DNA from: Dudresnaya verticillata
Taxonomy: Eukaryota
Length of the DNA: 64,000 nucleotides
Reading direction: 5' to 3'
Assembly (NCBI GenBank): GCA_977862235.1
Contig: OZ374563.1
Location: forward strand, 372,001 to 436,000
Position numbers and translations under genes: made by a program. This document shows, piece by piece, positions 1 to 11,500 of this stretch; position 1 is the first letter of the stretch; each line of letters begins with the position of its first letter. Below the pieces are notes generated by a model. The model was not told the DNA's origin. It saw only the letters and a program-made list of their open reading frames with translations, and did no database searches.

Positions 1-140
1 TCTTGTATTACGTATCTCCTTTCCAAGAGAACCAACTTGGATGTCTATCATGAAGGTGTCTGGTGGCTTGTTGCTTTGGGATGGGTGGGAGTGCCTCGGG
101 ACTGCTTTGCGATGATGCTTCTGCCATCGCTTGTTCGGTC

Positions 141-189
141 GGCGACAAGGCTGAGGCATTACATGCTCTTGTCGCCTATCCAAAAATCC
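141..189 (-). promoter_or_regulatory. Programmed -1 ribosomal frameshift signal (G GAT TTT, 6-nt spacer, hairpin)
   Basis: Minus strand GGATTTT (189-183), spacer TGGATA, then stem GGCGACAAG (176-168) pairing with CTTGTCGCC (149-141). The -1 frame stays open to base 1; the 0 and +1 frames stop within a few codons. Confidence 0.75.
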
Positions 190-2303
190 TGTGGCATACC
201 AGCCGAGATGTGGTTGGTTACAATCTCCCCTTCCAAGTTCTCGATAGGGTCTACGAAGTTGGTCTGGATTCCGGTGTTGGCTAGAGCTGCGTCGAAGCGA
301 TCTAGTTCAGACTCCCCGGGTTCTCCATAGTGGACGTCCGCATCTTCCTGATCCTGAGAGCTGGTGAGTTCCTCCTCCATGTCTCCGACAAGAGAAGCAA
401 CGATGTGCGTGGCATCTTCACCACGAGCAATACGGCCCCGGATGTTGGACTGTATGGCTCCTTTCGCGCAACGATGCCCTGGCTTCCAATTGGCAGCACC
501 ACAGCGGAAGCACTCATTGCGACGTCTAGCATCAGCGAATGTGCGTGCAGCATTGTTTCGTTGCTGGCTCCGAAGTTGTGCACCAGGATCACCACCTTTG
601 GAACTGTAGCGCGAGAGTTTGCGCGGGTTCCGACCGTACTGAAGCATATGAGTCTGGACACTGTTGCTATGCCGAAGGTTGTCTTCTTCGGTGAGTCCTG
701 TGAAGGTAGACTGGCGCGCATCTCCACTTGTGAGCAACTCCAGCTGACGAAGATTCTGGATGGACTCGTGAAGCGTGGTGACGAACGCGTTGAAGCTGTA
801 ACCTTGCGACGTGATGTTCTGTATCGGAATGCGGGGCCATTCTTGGAACTCAATCACTGCTCGGCGGAGGTAGTCAACCTTATGAGCATCAGAGCGAAAG
901 TCCTTGGGGCATTGCGGTACAAGCTCGTTGATTGTCTCAACTAGCTTCGTCAAGCCATGTGCGACATCAGAAATGTCGTTCTTGGTCATGAAGGTCCGGA
1001 GACGAAGAGTCTCAAGAGTTCCTTTGACTTGGAGCTGGCGAGCGTCGGAAACATACTCCTTCATCATGACTTGTGTCTTCTCTTGATATGACATGTCCTC
1101 TCGCGTGTGTTCAAAGTAGAACTTACGCGCAGCGCCATCGAATGCATGAACAAGAAGTTCTGCCTTGTGTGCCTGAGAGAGGTTGTACTGCTTTGAGCAG
1201 ACTGCGTACAGCTTGAAGGTTTGATGGATGTCTTGAGTCAGGTGTCCGGAGAACTTGTATCCCTTGAACATCTGCTGGACATAGTTAACCTTGCGAGGGT
1301 CATCGCGCTGGTCACGATCATCGTTGGCAGTGTAGCCTCGACGTTGACCTGGGAAGCGGGTGGGAGGGTTTTGACCTCGGTCGTTGTGACCTGCTCCATC
1401 TTCGAAGTTGTTCAGCGGGGGTCCCCTGTTCGGGCGATGAGAACCTCTTCCAAAACCTTGAAACGGCGGACCATGAGGCTGATCGCCACTACCGGGCTCG
1501 GGAGGTGACGGGCCGTACTTCTTTGGACCTTCATAGGATCCATACTGATGCTGTACCATGTTCGGATAACCGTGATACTGGTTGTTTCCCGGGGTATGGC
1601 GGGGACGATCAGCGGCGTTGGTGGTAACACCATGCATTGTAACGTGGTTGTTGTCCACTCGGATATCTTGTCGCATCGGAGCTTCTTGGTCTTGACGGGA
1701 GATGGTATCTTCTCTCTCCTCAGCAACTGAGCTTTTCACAGTATTAATCTGGAAAGGAAGGTGCATGAGTGGGTTCGGAGATCCACGACAAGCCTTGAAC
1801 TGGCGTACAGCATCGATGGAGAACTCAGCCGTGCATCCAGTGAAGAAGCATAACCAAACGAGACTGACAAGCCCTTTGTTCTTCTGCTCAGTGTCTGAGA
1901 GGCTGACTTTGTCCCAATACTGTTGGGGGACATCATCAAACTCGTACAGTCGGGCCACCTCAAACAGACTGTTGACTGGGAAAGTAGGCACCTCGAAGAA
2001 GTCTTCTGTGAAGATCTTCTTGGGAAGCGGTAGAAGCTCCATCGCAAATCTTGCGGCCTTCTCGGTAGGAGGCTTGGCTTCCACGTCTTCGTAATCTCCT
2101 GTACTGCTCCCTGGGATATCTGAAAGCGGGTAGGAAGAGAGAACAGAAATGGCAACGTTGATCAGCTTCTGCGAAAGCTCATCAGTAAGGTTGGAATTCC
2201 TGAGGCAGCGGAGTAGGTTGGCAGCCTTCGTCTTGAACTCCTTCCTTGAGGTCTTCTTTTCTGCGGCCGAAGCCTTGGTATGACTGCGTGTGCTCGCAGT
2301 CAT
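159..2303 (-). CDS. gag: Retrotransposon Gag-like polyprotein (714 aa)
   Basis: Capsid-like segment FSGHLTQDIHQTFKLY...AFDGAARKFY. Atypical zinc knuckle CFRCGAANWKPGHRC. ORF ends just after a slippery site. Confidence 0.75.
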   Translation of the reverse strand: MTASTRSHTKASAAEKKTSRKEFKTKAANLLRCLRNSNLTDELSQKLINVAISVLSSYPLSDIPGSSTGDYEDVEAKPPTEKAARFAMELLPLPKKIFTEDFFEVPTFPVNSLFEVARLYEFDDVPQQYWDKVSLSDTEQKNKGLVSLVWLCFFTGCTAEFSIDAVRQFKACRGSPNPLMHLPFQINTVKSSVAEEREDTISRQDQEAPMRQDIRVDNNHVTMHGVTTNAADRPRHTPGNNQYHGYPNMVQHQYGSYEGPKKYGPSPPEPGSGDQPHGPPFQGFGRGSHRPNRGPPLNNFEDGAGHNDRGQNPPTRFPGQRRGYTANDDRDQRDDPRKVNYVQQMFKGYKFSGHLTQDIHQTFKLYAVCSKQYNLSQAHKAELLVHAFDGAARKFYFEHTREDMSYQEKTQVMMKEYVSDARQLQVKGTLETLRLRTFMTKNDISDVAHGLTKLVETINELVPQCPKDFRSDAHKVDYLRRAVIEFQEWPRIPIQNITSQGYSFNAFVTTLHESIQNLRQLELLTSGDARQSTFTGLTEEDNLRHSNSVQTHMLQYGRNPRKLSRYSSKGGDPGAQLRSQQRNNAARTFADARRRNECFRCGAANWKPGHRCAKGAIQSNIRGRIARGEDATHIVASLVGDMEEELTSSQDQEDADVHYGEPGESELDRFDAALANTGIQTNFVDPIENLEGEIVTNHISAGMPQDFWIGDKSM

Positions 2304-2384
2304 TTGTTTAGACGGTGTGGGTTACGATCGTAACAAATTCTTGAGCAACGAAGTCGGCGCGTGGAACCGGGTAGGAATCCGGAT

Positions 2385-3392
2385 TGTCGTCCGTAGCCGG
2401 TCGACACGCGCGCGCGGCGTGAGAGTGGTGTGCAATCACCGCTCTGCGGGCACGGCGCGCAGGGTCGCGGAACGCGGGGAAAGGGGCGCGAGCGGGGCGA
2501 AGCGGGGCGCGAGCGGAGCGAGGCGGGGCGCGAGGGGAGCGAGCGGGTCAGAGAGGTGGGCGAGGTTTATCGAAGCAAGGGAAGAGGGCTACGGCAGACC
2601 ACCGCGGCTGACGCAACGGACGTTCTCGTCAACGCTGCTTACTCTTCTACTTCGATCGTGCTCTCTCGGAGCGGCGGTGGTCTGCAGTGGTCGGCGGGGC
2701 TTGAAGTAGCCCAACCAGTTGCAGTCGGGCGCGCGCGTCGCGCGCGGACGGCGCGTTGGTCGCCGACGGCGGGAGCACTGTAATGTATCTTACAGTGCGA
2801 CTCTGCGATACAGATGGGTCCAAATCGACACGAATCACGTACGTACATTACACATTATATTGTACAGTATCTACGACCGCCGAAGGTAAACCGCCGGAGC
2901 AGTATGTCACTACCGCCGCCATACAGTGCCGTCGTTGTCGATTTGCACCCATCTGTGTCGCAGAGTTGCACTGTAAGATACCTTACAGTGCTCCCGCCGT
3001 CGGCGACCAACGCGCCGTCCGCGCGCGACGCGCGCGCCCGACTGCAACTGGCTGGGCTACTTCAAGCCCCGCTGACCACTGCAGACCACCCCCGCTCCTC
3101 GAGAGCACGATCGAAGTAGAAGAGTAAGCAGCGTTGACGAGAACGTCCGTTGCGTCAGCCGCGGTGGTCTGCCGTAGCCCTCTTCCCTTGCTTCGATAAG
3201 CCTCGCCCGCCTCTCTGACCCGCTCGCTCCGCTCGCGCCCCGCCTCGCTCCGCTCGCGCTCCGCTCGCGCCCCGCTTCGCCCCGCTCGCGCCCCTTTCCC
3301 CGCGTTCCGCGACCCTGCGCGCCGTGCCCGCAGAGCGGTGATTGTACACCACTCTCACGCCGCGCGCGCGTGTCGACCGGCTACGGACGACA
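2385..3392. repeat. ~1 kb inverted repeat (arms ~2385-2833 and ~2932-3392, ~100-bp spacer); putative palindromic LTR
   Basis: The arms are reverse complements (TGTCGTCCGTAGCCGGTCGACA... / ...TGTCGACCGGCTACGGACGACA), with scattered substitutions and one extra 11-bp GCGAGCGGAGC unit in the right arm. Confidence 0.95.
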
Positions 3393-4391
3393 GTCGTCAA
3401 AGATAGGCCACAGTCCCATAGCACGCAACAAAACATATATATAAGTCCGCAAGCCGCTTTTTTTGCGCCTGCACATGGGCCTAAGCTGCACCTGTAGGAC
3501 CACTATAAACAACAATTAAAGAACAACATCACTATATGTCATTCTTAATTGTATTTTGGCGACAGAAAGGGAAAGGGAGAACGACAGCGTCAGCAGTAGT
3601 ATGCATTTACTGAGAGCTACCGGACGAGGTCGGAGCGTTTTTGTCAGTTTCTGAACCGTTTCCTCAGAGAGGGAGAGAGACGCCCGCAGCGCCTTACTAC
3701 AGCCTATGCAGCAAAGCGATGTTGCGACTGGTTGCGCCGCAAAGGCCCACGCGCTTGCGATTCGCGACTTGTTGCGGGACGCATCTGACTGTGTGTCGTT
3801 TCGTTTCCCGCGCTGCGCCCACGCGGCGCGCGTGCAAATGTTGGCATCTGCGACGACCACTCACTTACGACAGCCACGGCACAACGCTCACCACAACACC
3901 AACATTCCCGCACAATTCGTAAAGCAACATCGAAAACAACCACGACATGATGCCGCAGGCACGCGCTGCACAGCCCGACCCGACGCCACACCGACACCGA
4001 CCCGCCCGCGCGCTTCGCTTCCTGTTGTCGTTTAAACTTTATTTCAGAAAGCCCTTGTGCTGCACCACATGGAGCAGCTCTACTCTTTCAAGGAGGCGAC
4101 CTTTGATAACACCGCGTATACCACATTCGCTCTGAGATGGACGTGATGACGCTCAACGTTGGATATAACAAGCACCACTGCGCTAGTCCGACACTACCAA
4201 ACTCGGCACGCACCGCGCACTCCGCCCCCCACCCGCACCCCAACAGCCCGCCCCACTAGCCGCACCATGCCGCCCGCCTTTGTCTCCACGTTCGCCGCGC
4301 CGTCGCGCGCGCCATCGCCGCCGCTGCGCCGCACGTCGTTCCAGGGCGGCCCCGTCGCGCCCGCGCCGCGGCCCCATCGCGCGCCCCGTCC

Positions 4392-6272
4392 ATGCTCTTC
4401 GCCTTCTTCAACCTGTTCCACCACAAACACCGCGTGGCGCTGCCGCAGAACGACCACGAGCACGCGGCGCAGCGTGCGGAAAGCGTCGCCGCGAACCGCG
4501 CAAAGTACGAGTGGACCAACGACGCTATCGGCGACGCCTCGCTCATCAAGGGGCTGCCGCACGGCGAGAACCCCACCCTGGGCTGGATCGAGCACATTGC
4601 TTTCATTGTCACCCGCGTCGCCCTCAACACCATCTCCGATACCACGGAAAAGGTCGCCGCCGACGTCGAGGCGAGCATCCTCTCAGCCGTGTCCGGCATC
4701 GTCTCCCCCATTCTGCACAAGCTCACCACTGCACAGTTTGGTCCAGAAGACGCACGGGAGGCGAATGAAAAGCTCAAGGACATTGTCAGGTCGAGGGCGT
4801 CGGGCACCGGCGTTACAATCGACGAATACAAGGACCTCTTCTCCAACATCAAGCTCAATACCGTTGCAAAGCTCGACCAGTTTCTGCGCGACGACATTTT
4901 CGGCTGGTATCGAGTTGCCGGCCCCAACCCGATGCGCCTCACCAAGCTGAACGGTAAGGCCACCGATATGTTTCCAGAGCTCACCAACGACGTTTTCAAA
5001 GGCATTGTCGGCTTTTCCGGAGACACGTTGGAGGCAGCCGCCGCCGACGGCAGGCTCTACTATGTCGACTACCCCGAGTTCGACGGCCTGCCCGTTGGGA
5101 AGGACGCCGACGGCAACCTCAAGCGGAGCTTCAACTATGCGTCGAAATGCCTGCTGGCCGTCCCGCGCAACGTCACCGACCGCCTCACCGTCCTGCCGAT
5201 CGCCATCCGCTGCGGCCAAGACTCGACCTTCCCAATGTTCACGGCAAACCCAGACCACACCGACCCGGTCACTTGGCTCGCCTGCAAGCTCACCATCCAG
5301 GTGTCGGATTCTGTCATCCACGAGACGGTGTACCATCTTGGGCGCACGCATTTGATGCTTGAGGTCTTTGTTTGTTCGACGTATCGCACGCTGCCGGAAC
5401 AGCACCCGCTGCATCGCTTGCTCAAGATCTACTTTTACGGGACGGCGTTTATCAACAATGCGGCTGTGTCCTCTCTGATCAACGACAATGGGACGATCGA
5501 CCAGATCACGGCGCCGCCCGTGTCGATTTCGCGGCAGATCTCAGCCAGCGCTGTCAATGACAAAAACTTTTCGTTCAACGACTGGATGCCGGACAAGGAG
5601 TTGGCGTCACGCGGGGTGATGGACGGGCAGCTCAAGTATCCGTACCGCGACGACGCGCTGGCGCTGTGGCCGGCGCTGAACAAGTGGGTGCGGGCGTTTG
5701 TAACGGCTTACTACAAGAGCGACGCGGACGTGGCAGGCGACAACGAACTGGCCAACTGGTGCAAGGAGATTGTGGGGCCCGGGCAGCTGCACGGGTTTGG
5801 CGAGACGGCGGACGGGAGGATTTTGACGGTGGACTACCTGGTGCGGGCCGTGTCCATGGTGATCTTCACGGCGTCGGTGCAGCACGCGGCGGTGAACTTT
5901 CCGCAGTCGGCGATGATGCAGTTTGCGCCGGCGATGCCGCTGGGCGGGTACGCGCCGGCGCCAACGGAGGCCAAGCCGTTTTCGAGCGTGAACGACTGGG
6001 TGACGAAGATGATGCCCAACCTGGAGAAGGCCGAGAGGCAGATGACTACGGCCGAGCTGATTGGGGTGCTCGAGTATTCGACGTTTGGGGAGTATGGGAA
6101 GAGCCTGCAGTTTGCACCCGACGAGGTGGGCGACGCGCTCGAGGAGTTCCAGGAGGACCTGGGGAGTATCGGGGCGCGGATTCAGGAGCGGAATGTGGTG
6201 GAGAGGCGCGCGGGACTGCCGGTTTACAACTATCTGGTGCCGAAGAACATCCCGCAGTCGATTAACATCTAG
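4392..6272 (+). CDS. LOX: Lipoxygenase (probable true start 4267, with a plastid transit peptide)
   Basis: Iron-ligand motifs HETVYHLGRTH and HAAVNF, plus YPYRDDAL and C-terminal ...PQSINI. A transit-peptide-like frame from ATG 4267 is one base out of frame. Confidence 0.93.
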   Translation: MLFAFFNLFHHKHRVALPQNDHEHAAQRAESVAANRAKYEWTNDAIGDASLIKGLPHGENPTLGWIEHIAFIVTRVALNTISDTTEKVAADVEASILSAVSGIVSPILHKLTTAQFGPEDAREANEKLKDIVRSRASGTGVTIDEYKDLFSNIKLNTVAKLDQFLRDDIFGWYRVAGPNPMRLTKLNGKATDMFPELTNDVFKGIVGFSGDTLEAAAADGRLYYVDYPEFDGLPVGKDADGNLKRSFNYASKCLLAVPRNVTDRLTVLPIAIRCGQDSTFPMFTANPDHTDPVTWLACKLTIQVSDSVIHETVYHLGRTHLMLEVFVCSTYRTLPEQHPLHRLLKIYFYGTAFINNAAVSSLINDNGTIDQITAPPVSISRQISASAVNDKNFSFNDWMPDKELASRGVMDGQLKYPYRDDALALWPALNKWVRAFVTAYYKSDADVAGDNELANWCKEIVGPGQLHGFGETADGRILTVDYLVRAVSMVIFTASVQHAAVNFPQSAMMQFAPAMPLGGYAPAPTEAKPFSSVNDWVTKMMPNLEKAERQMTTAELIGVLEYSTFGEYGKSLQFAPDEVGDALEEFQEDLGSIGARIQERNVVERRAGLPVYNYLVPKNIPQSINI

Positions 6273-6793
6273 CGCCTAGAGGCACTATTGGAGAAAGTTG
6301 GGATTGTTGGTTGGTACAACACAGGACAAGTAGTGATGGTAAACTTTTGCTGGTTGTTTAAGGTGGTCTCACGGTAGTGTGTTTAATCAATGGTCTACTA
6401 TGAAGAACGGCACGCCATCACCGTGTGCAACTATTTGCAGCTGTCAAGTCACACCAAAACTAACACTTCTCTACTGCTGAGGTACTCAATGGATGCTAAA
6501 CTAGCTGTGCCGTACAATTCCAGAGAGCAGTAAACGGTCTTTGCGTACTCTCGACCGCAACTGCAGGCCTAACATGTTACTGCTTGCTGCTACTGCCGAA
6601 ATGGCGATACCGAGCTTGCGCAAAGCTTTCTATCATTATCTTTAGATTCACGCGCATCTTGGCCAGCACAGTGCTTACGGCACTCTCCGTAGCGCATCCA
6701 GGAAACCGACCTTAGAATGGTAAAGTAAAGAGTAGTCAGAGCCGCAATAACTTTAACGCTTTCTCATTCCACTATAGATTGGTGGAATCGTAG

Positions 6794-7308
6794 TGTAGAG
6801 AACCGTTGCCAAGTGGCACTACAGGCTTGAACCGTTGCCAAGTGGCACTACAGGCTTGAACCGTTACCAAGTAACACTACAGGCTTACTAGCTTGAAGCT
6901 TTTGTTATGGAATTTAGAATTGTCAGCTCTACTCTAATCCAAGAAGATGTTCCGTTGCAGGAACAACTTCTTCCGTTGAAGACGTAACATCTTCAAGCCT
7001 GTCCCCGGAGATAGATGTTTTGAACTACCATGTCCCCGGGGGTAATTGTTCTGAGGGCATGGCGGTTTGGGCTACTGTAGAAGATACCGTTTACGAATAG
7101 AACAGCTACTTTATCCATACCGTTTAGAATCAGCAGTAGTGCAGTTCTTTTTCAAACGCATAGAGTAGGCTCGGAGCTTTGGAGCAAGCGGCTCCGTAAT
7201 AGAATATAAAAGCTCCGCCCTTTTCTCTCTCGAGGAAGAAAGGGCAGAGGTCTTCGCATTGAGCACAAACAAGACAGCACCCAACAAGTCAAGGAGGAAG
7301 TGTTTATA
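6794..7308 (+). repeat. 5' LTR of the Gypsy element
   Basis: Starts TGTAGAG, ends TTTATA. Contains three ~29-bp tandem units (GAACCGTTGCCAAGTGGCACTACAGGCTT) and TATAAAA near 7205. Confidence 0.95.
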
Positions 7309-7562
7309 GAAATTTCTATTCCCTGCAGGAGACGCAATTTCCTTTACTATTGCTGTTGTCAAGTTTTATGACTGTCAGGTTGTCTACTCGTCAAGTGTTT
7401 CTAGCTGGCAAGCGTTGTACCCGTCAGTTGCTACTATCGTTCAAGAGTGCTACTTGTCAAGTATTTCTATAAGTGGATTGTTTTGTAATCTACTGGAACT
7501 GGTGTACCTACGAAGCAATTGTACTACCTCTCAGCCGCCTTGGTTATTTTTGAAATAGCATC

Positions 7563-8572
7563 ATGCCACCGGTCACTCGTTCTGGAATTGAAAGCGGGCT
7601 AGGTCGCTCGGATTTTGGCACATCCAGTGCGCTGTTCGCACCCGTACAGCATCCTGTACTAAGAAGTGTCGACCCGCTGAAAGGCTCCGCGTTCTTGCGG
7701 GAGCGGGAAAGATATGTAGATGAAGTCGAGGAGAAGAGCAAAGAAGCCCCAGGAATGAGCGTTGCTTCATTCAAGGTTTCTGTTGATAGGAGTCTGCTAA
7801 TGACAATGCATAGCCTCGGTAGAATGGATTCTACTGCTAATTCTGTCCCGTTTGAAGATCTCACGTCCGAGCAAATCGAAGAATGGGTGAGGAGCATAGT
7901 TTGCAAAGCCAATGCCAAGGAAGTCAACCCTACCATAATTCAGGACGCTCCGAAAGGCATAAGAATGCCTATGAACATTTCAGATCCAGAGGCTCGAATA
8001 CTGGAATATGTCCATGATGTTTTTGAAAGACTGAATGGAGTTGGCTATTCTTCTTTCAGGGAACGCAATCCTAAGAAGACAGTGAAACTAATACAAGAAA
8101 ATGTCTACCCTCTTCATCTGAAAGCAGCTATGGCAGAGCACCTTGAATTTCGAGCTGGACTGAAGAAAAAGGTCAATGATTATGTATCTGTACTATGCAA
8201 AGAGGCTGTCATTCAGGACAAGATCAGAGCTACCAGGACGCGTGTTGAAAAGGATGATAAGGGAACAAAGAAGGCAAGCTCATCCGGCTCAAAAATGGCA
8301 AGCCGCAGACGGATGGACGTAAGTCAGCTGGAGCTTCTAAGTCTGAAAAAGGACCACAGAATCGTCGCGAACTTCTATGCTTGAATTAAGATTGCAAGCG
8401 GAAGGGCATCAAGCATCCAGGCGGTGTTCGGCATTGCCCTAAGACGAGCACCGATGAATCAAACAAACTAATACAGTCCTTCATAGACGAAAGGGAAAGC
8501 AAGAAGGCTAAACGTTGTGCGGATACCCAGTCTGACACACATAAGCAGTCTGAGGATAACAATTCTACACTC
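7563..8572 (+). pseudogene. gag: Gypsy gag, disrupted
   Basis: ORF 7563-8384. A frameshift near the 8291 A-run and TAA near 8387 interrupt a Cys/His knuckle (CLN*DCKRKGIKHPGGVRHC) that is in frame with the protease ORF. Confidence 0.75.
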
Positions 8573-11500
8573 ATGGGTATAGTGTTCGCTGGATTGGTTT
8601 CGACTAAATTGTGTGCAGACGGGGGTTCTGACATCAATTTAATGCCACAAAATATATTCAAAGAGTTGTTGCAACGACGTGCACCCATGAAGGTCAAAAA
8701 GTTCGACCGTGCCCGTAAGTTCGGTCTTGTTGCTGCCGAAATGCATGTCGCATGTGACCGGGAAGTCACACTAAATATTGAACTACGAATCCGCCATGGG
8801 AAAGCGTTACTGATTCGAAACTTAAAATGGCTCGTGGCTGTAGACACAGTTGACGAACCACTACTCGGTCGTCCTATCCAAGAAGCGCTTGGATTAAATA
8901 CGAGGAAGATTCTTGAAGCCGCATGCGACAGATATCAAGGCGAGGTTGATGCTGGTTTGGTGATGGAGGATGAGTACCAGGAGGGATCTATCGCCCGCAT
9001 TTTGTCGTCTGGTCTTTTTCATTCCGACCAGGGAGTGACGGGGGAGGTGCCCGATAGTCTTTCCGAGCAACGCACTGAGCTTGGAGACGACTCACCCGCA
9101 GAGTTGAGAACTGCATTTAAGAAGATGTTGGACACTGCTTCTGACAATGGTTTGAGCGCAACTGGAAAGTTGAAATTGGAAAAGCTGCTGGCAGCATTTA
9201 CGGATGTTTTCCGTGTGCGCCTTGGTCCGGGTCCCCCAGCAAAAGTAGAACCAATGAGGATCAACATCAAGCCAGGTTCTGTAGCCTACATTACGAAGGC
9301 GCGGCGCTATTCTGCTGAACAGCGTGACTACATGAAGCGATTTTTCGGAAAGCTTTCAGATACGGCATGGCCATCCCGAACCCAAATGCTGAGTGGGCAT
9401 CCCCACCGCTACTAGTGCCAAAGCCTGGTACTAAAACGTACAGGCTAACTTTCGACCTTCGCATGGTCTATCAGTGTACTCAACCAATGGCCTGGCCAAT
9501 GCCACATTTACAATCGGAGCTGTTGGACTTCGCAGATAGCTCTTGCTTTGCGAGTATAGATTTCTGTGCAGGTTACTGGCAGATGCCTCTACATTCCGAG
9601 AGCCAGCATTACCACAGTTTTCTAACACCTTCTGGTGTTTTCCAGCCTACGAGAACACTACAAGGAGGCATGAACGCAGTACAGAACTTCCAGTCCAGAG
9701 TGGAGCCATGTTTTCAATCTATTCGTGGTGCAGTCAAGGCTTGGCTAGACGATTTTGCAGTGCATGCCAAGGATAAAGGAGACCTTATATCCTATCTGGA
9801 AAGGTTCTTCGCCATCTGTAGGGAAAAGAACCTGAAATTTTCTGCAAAGAAGTCTGTACTTTTCAGCACTTCCTTGGAATGGTGTGGGTATGTGGTCGAC
9901 AAGGGTGGTGTCACTTGTGACCCAAGACGTTTGAGTGGACTCCAGAATGCGTCTGCTCCAGAGAACGGCGCCGAGTTGTCACAATTTGTGAACTGTTTAC
10001 AATGGATGTCGCAATATATTCCCGACTTTACTGCTCGTGTGGCACCACTACGCGCAGTTCTTGAAGAAGCTTATACAAAATCGGGAAAGCGTACTTCACG
10101 GCCCATACAGGGCATACGACTTTGTAAATTGTCTTGGGGCCAAAAGCACGCTGAAGCCTTTAACGACCTTCAAGAACAGCTTCGAAATGCGGTGAAACTC
10201 GCGCATAGGGATCAAGAAAAGACTCTTTGCGTCTACACAGACGCATCTGATGAACACTGGGCGGCGGTAGTTACACAGTGCGATCCATCAGGCTTAGAGA
10301 AGCCAATAGAAGAGCAGATGCATCAACCTTTGGCTTTCCTTGGGTCCGCATTTAATGAAACGCAGCAGCATTGGACAACCTTTGAGCGCGAGGCATATGC
10401 TGTGTATCAATTTTTCGAGAAGATGGATTACATGTTCTCCTGCGAAGCAAATATTCATCTGTTCACGGACCACAGGAATCTTCTTTTTGTATACAACCCT
10501 GTTGCATTACGACCAAGCCTTGGAAGGCATATCATCAACAAGGTTCAGCGCTGGGCACTGTACCTTTCTAGGTTTATGTATACAATCGAACACGTCGAGG
10601 GCAGCCGCAACATTACTTCCGACATGATGACACGATAGTTTGCTGGCTATCGAGGCAAACATAACCTTGCTAGACGTGTCACTCGTGCTATAGAGGCCCA
10701 GGACCTTGTTCAGTCTCCATATGAGAACACGTTTGAATGGCCGTCCCAGGAAATGTTACTGAAGCCACAACAGTCCGCGGATAATGTTCCTGCACGATTG
10801 AAGAAAGGAAAGGATGGTTTACTACGAGATAACACACGCATTTGGATACCTGATAATAATGTGGACTTGCAAATGAAGTTGTTAGTAATATCGCATTGTG
10901 GGGCAGGTGGACATCGAGGTGTGGAATCGACCTGGAATACACTTAAGGAGCTGTACCAATGGAACAGTATGGAGGCCGATGTGAATGAGTTTGTGTCAAA
11001 TTGTTTGCACTGTATCATTGGGAAAAGTGGAAACCGCATTCCACGTCCAATATCTATTACCCTTCACGGCGCGAAGCCTAACGAAGTTGTTCACTTCGAT
11101 TTCATATTTATGGGCATTGGCACAGATGGTTTGAAATACTGCCTCATCATCCGAGACGACCTTTCGTCCTACTTATGGATATGTCCAAGTATGGCCGGGG
11201 ATGCAGAAACAGTGTCGAAAGAGCTTTCAAGATGGATACGAGTATTTACGGCAATGAAATACTGGGTATCGGACCAGGGGTCGCATTTTAAAAATCAAGT
11301 TTTGGAAACTTTGGCTAAGATCTACAAAGTTGAGCACCGGTTCACAGTTGCGTATTCTCCTTGGGTTAATGGTACGATTGAAATTTGTATGCGGCATATT
11401 AAGGCCGCTTGCACGGCGTTACTCTCAGAACTCAAGCTTGGGCCACAAGATTGGCCACTGGTTATTGATACCGTGATGACGGCGCTAAATGAGGCTCCAC

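Larger units (their letters stand above)
1..3392 (-). mobile_element. LTR retrotransposon, 5' part (palindromic putative 5' LTR, gag, start of pol; continues beyond the left edge)
   Basis: TG...CA-bounded 1008-bp terminal unit at 2385-3392. Gag-like ORF starts 82 bp inside it. A -1 frameshift signal leads into an open frame that runs off the window. RT and integrase are not visible, so the superfamily is unassigned. Confidence 0.75.

Noticed and set aside
2385..3392. Palindrome as an independent MITE or foldback DNA transposon
   Set aside because: No target-site duplication on its flanks, TG...CA ends, and position right before gag favour an LTR. Not fully excluded.
6800..6886. Three ~29-bp repeats with an internal TGCCA-AG-TGGCA palindrome, superficially CRISPR-like
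   Set aside because: Directly tandem with no spacers, present in both LTRs, eukaryotic context and no cas genes.
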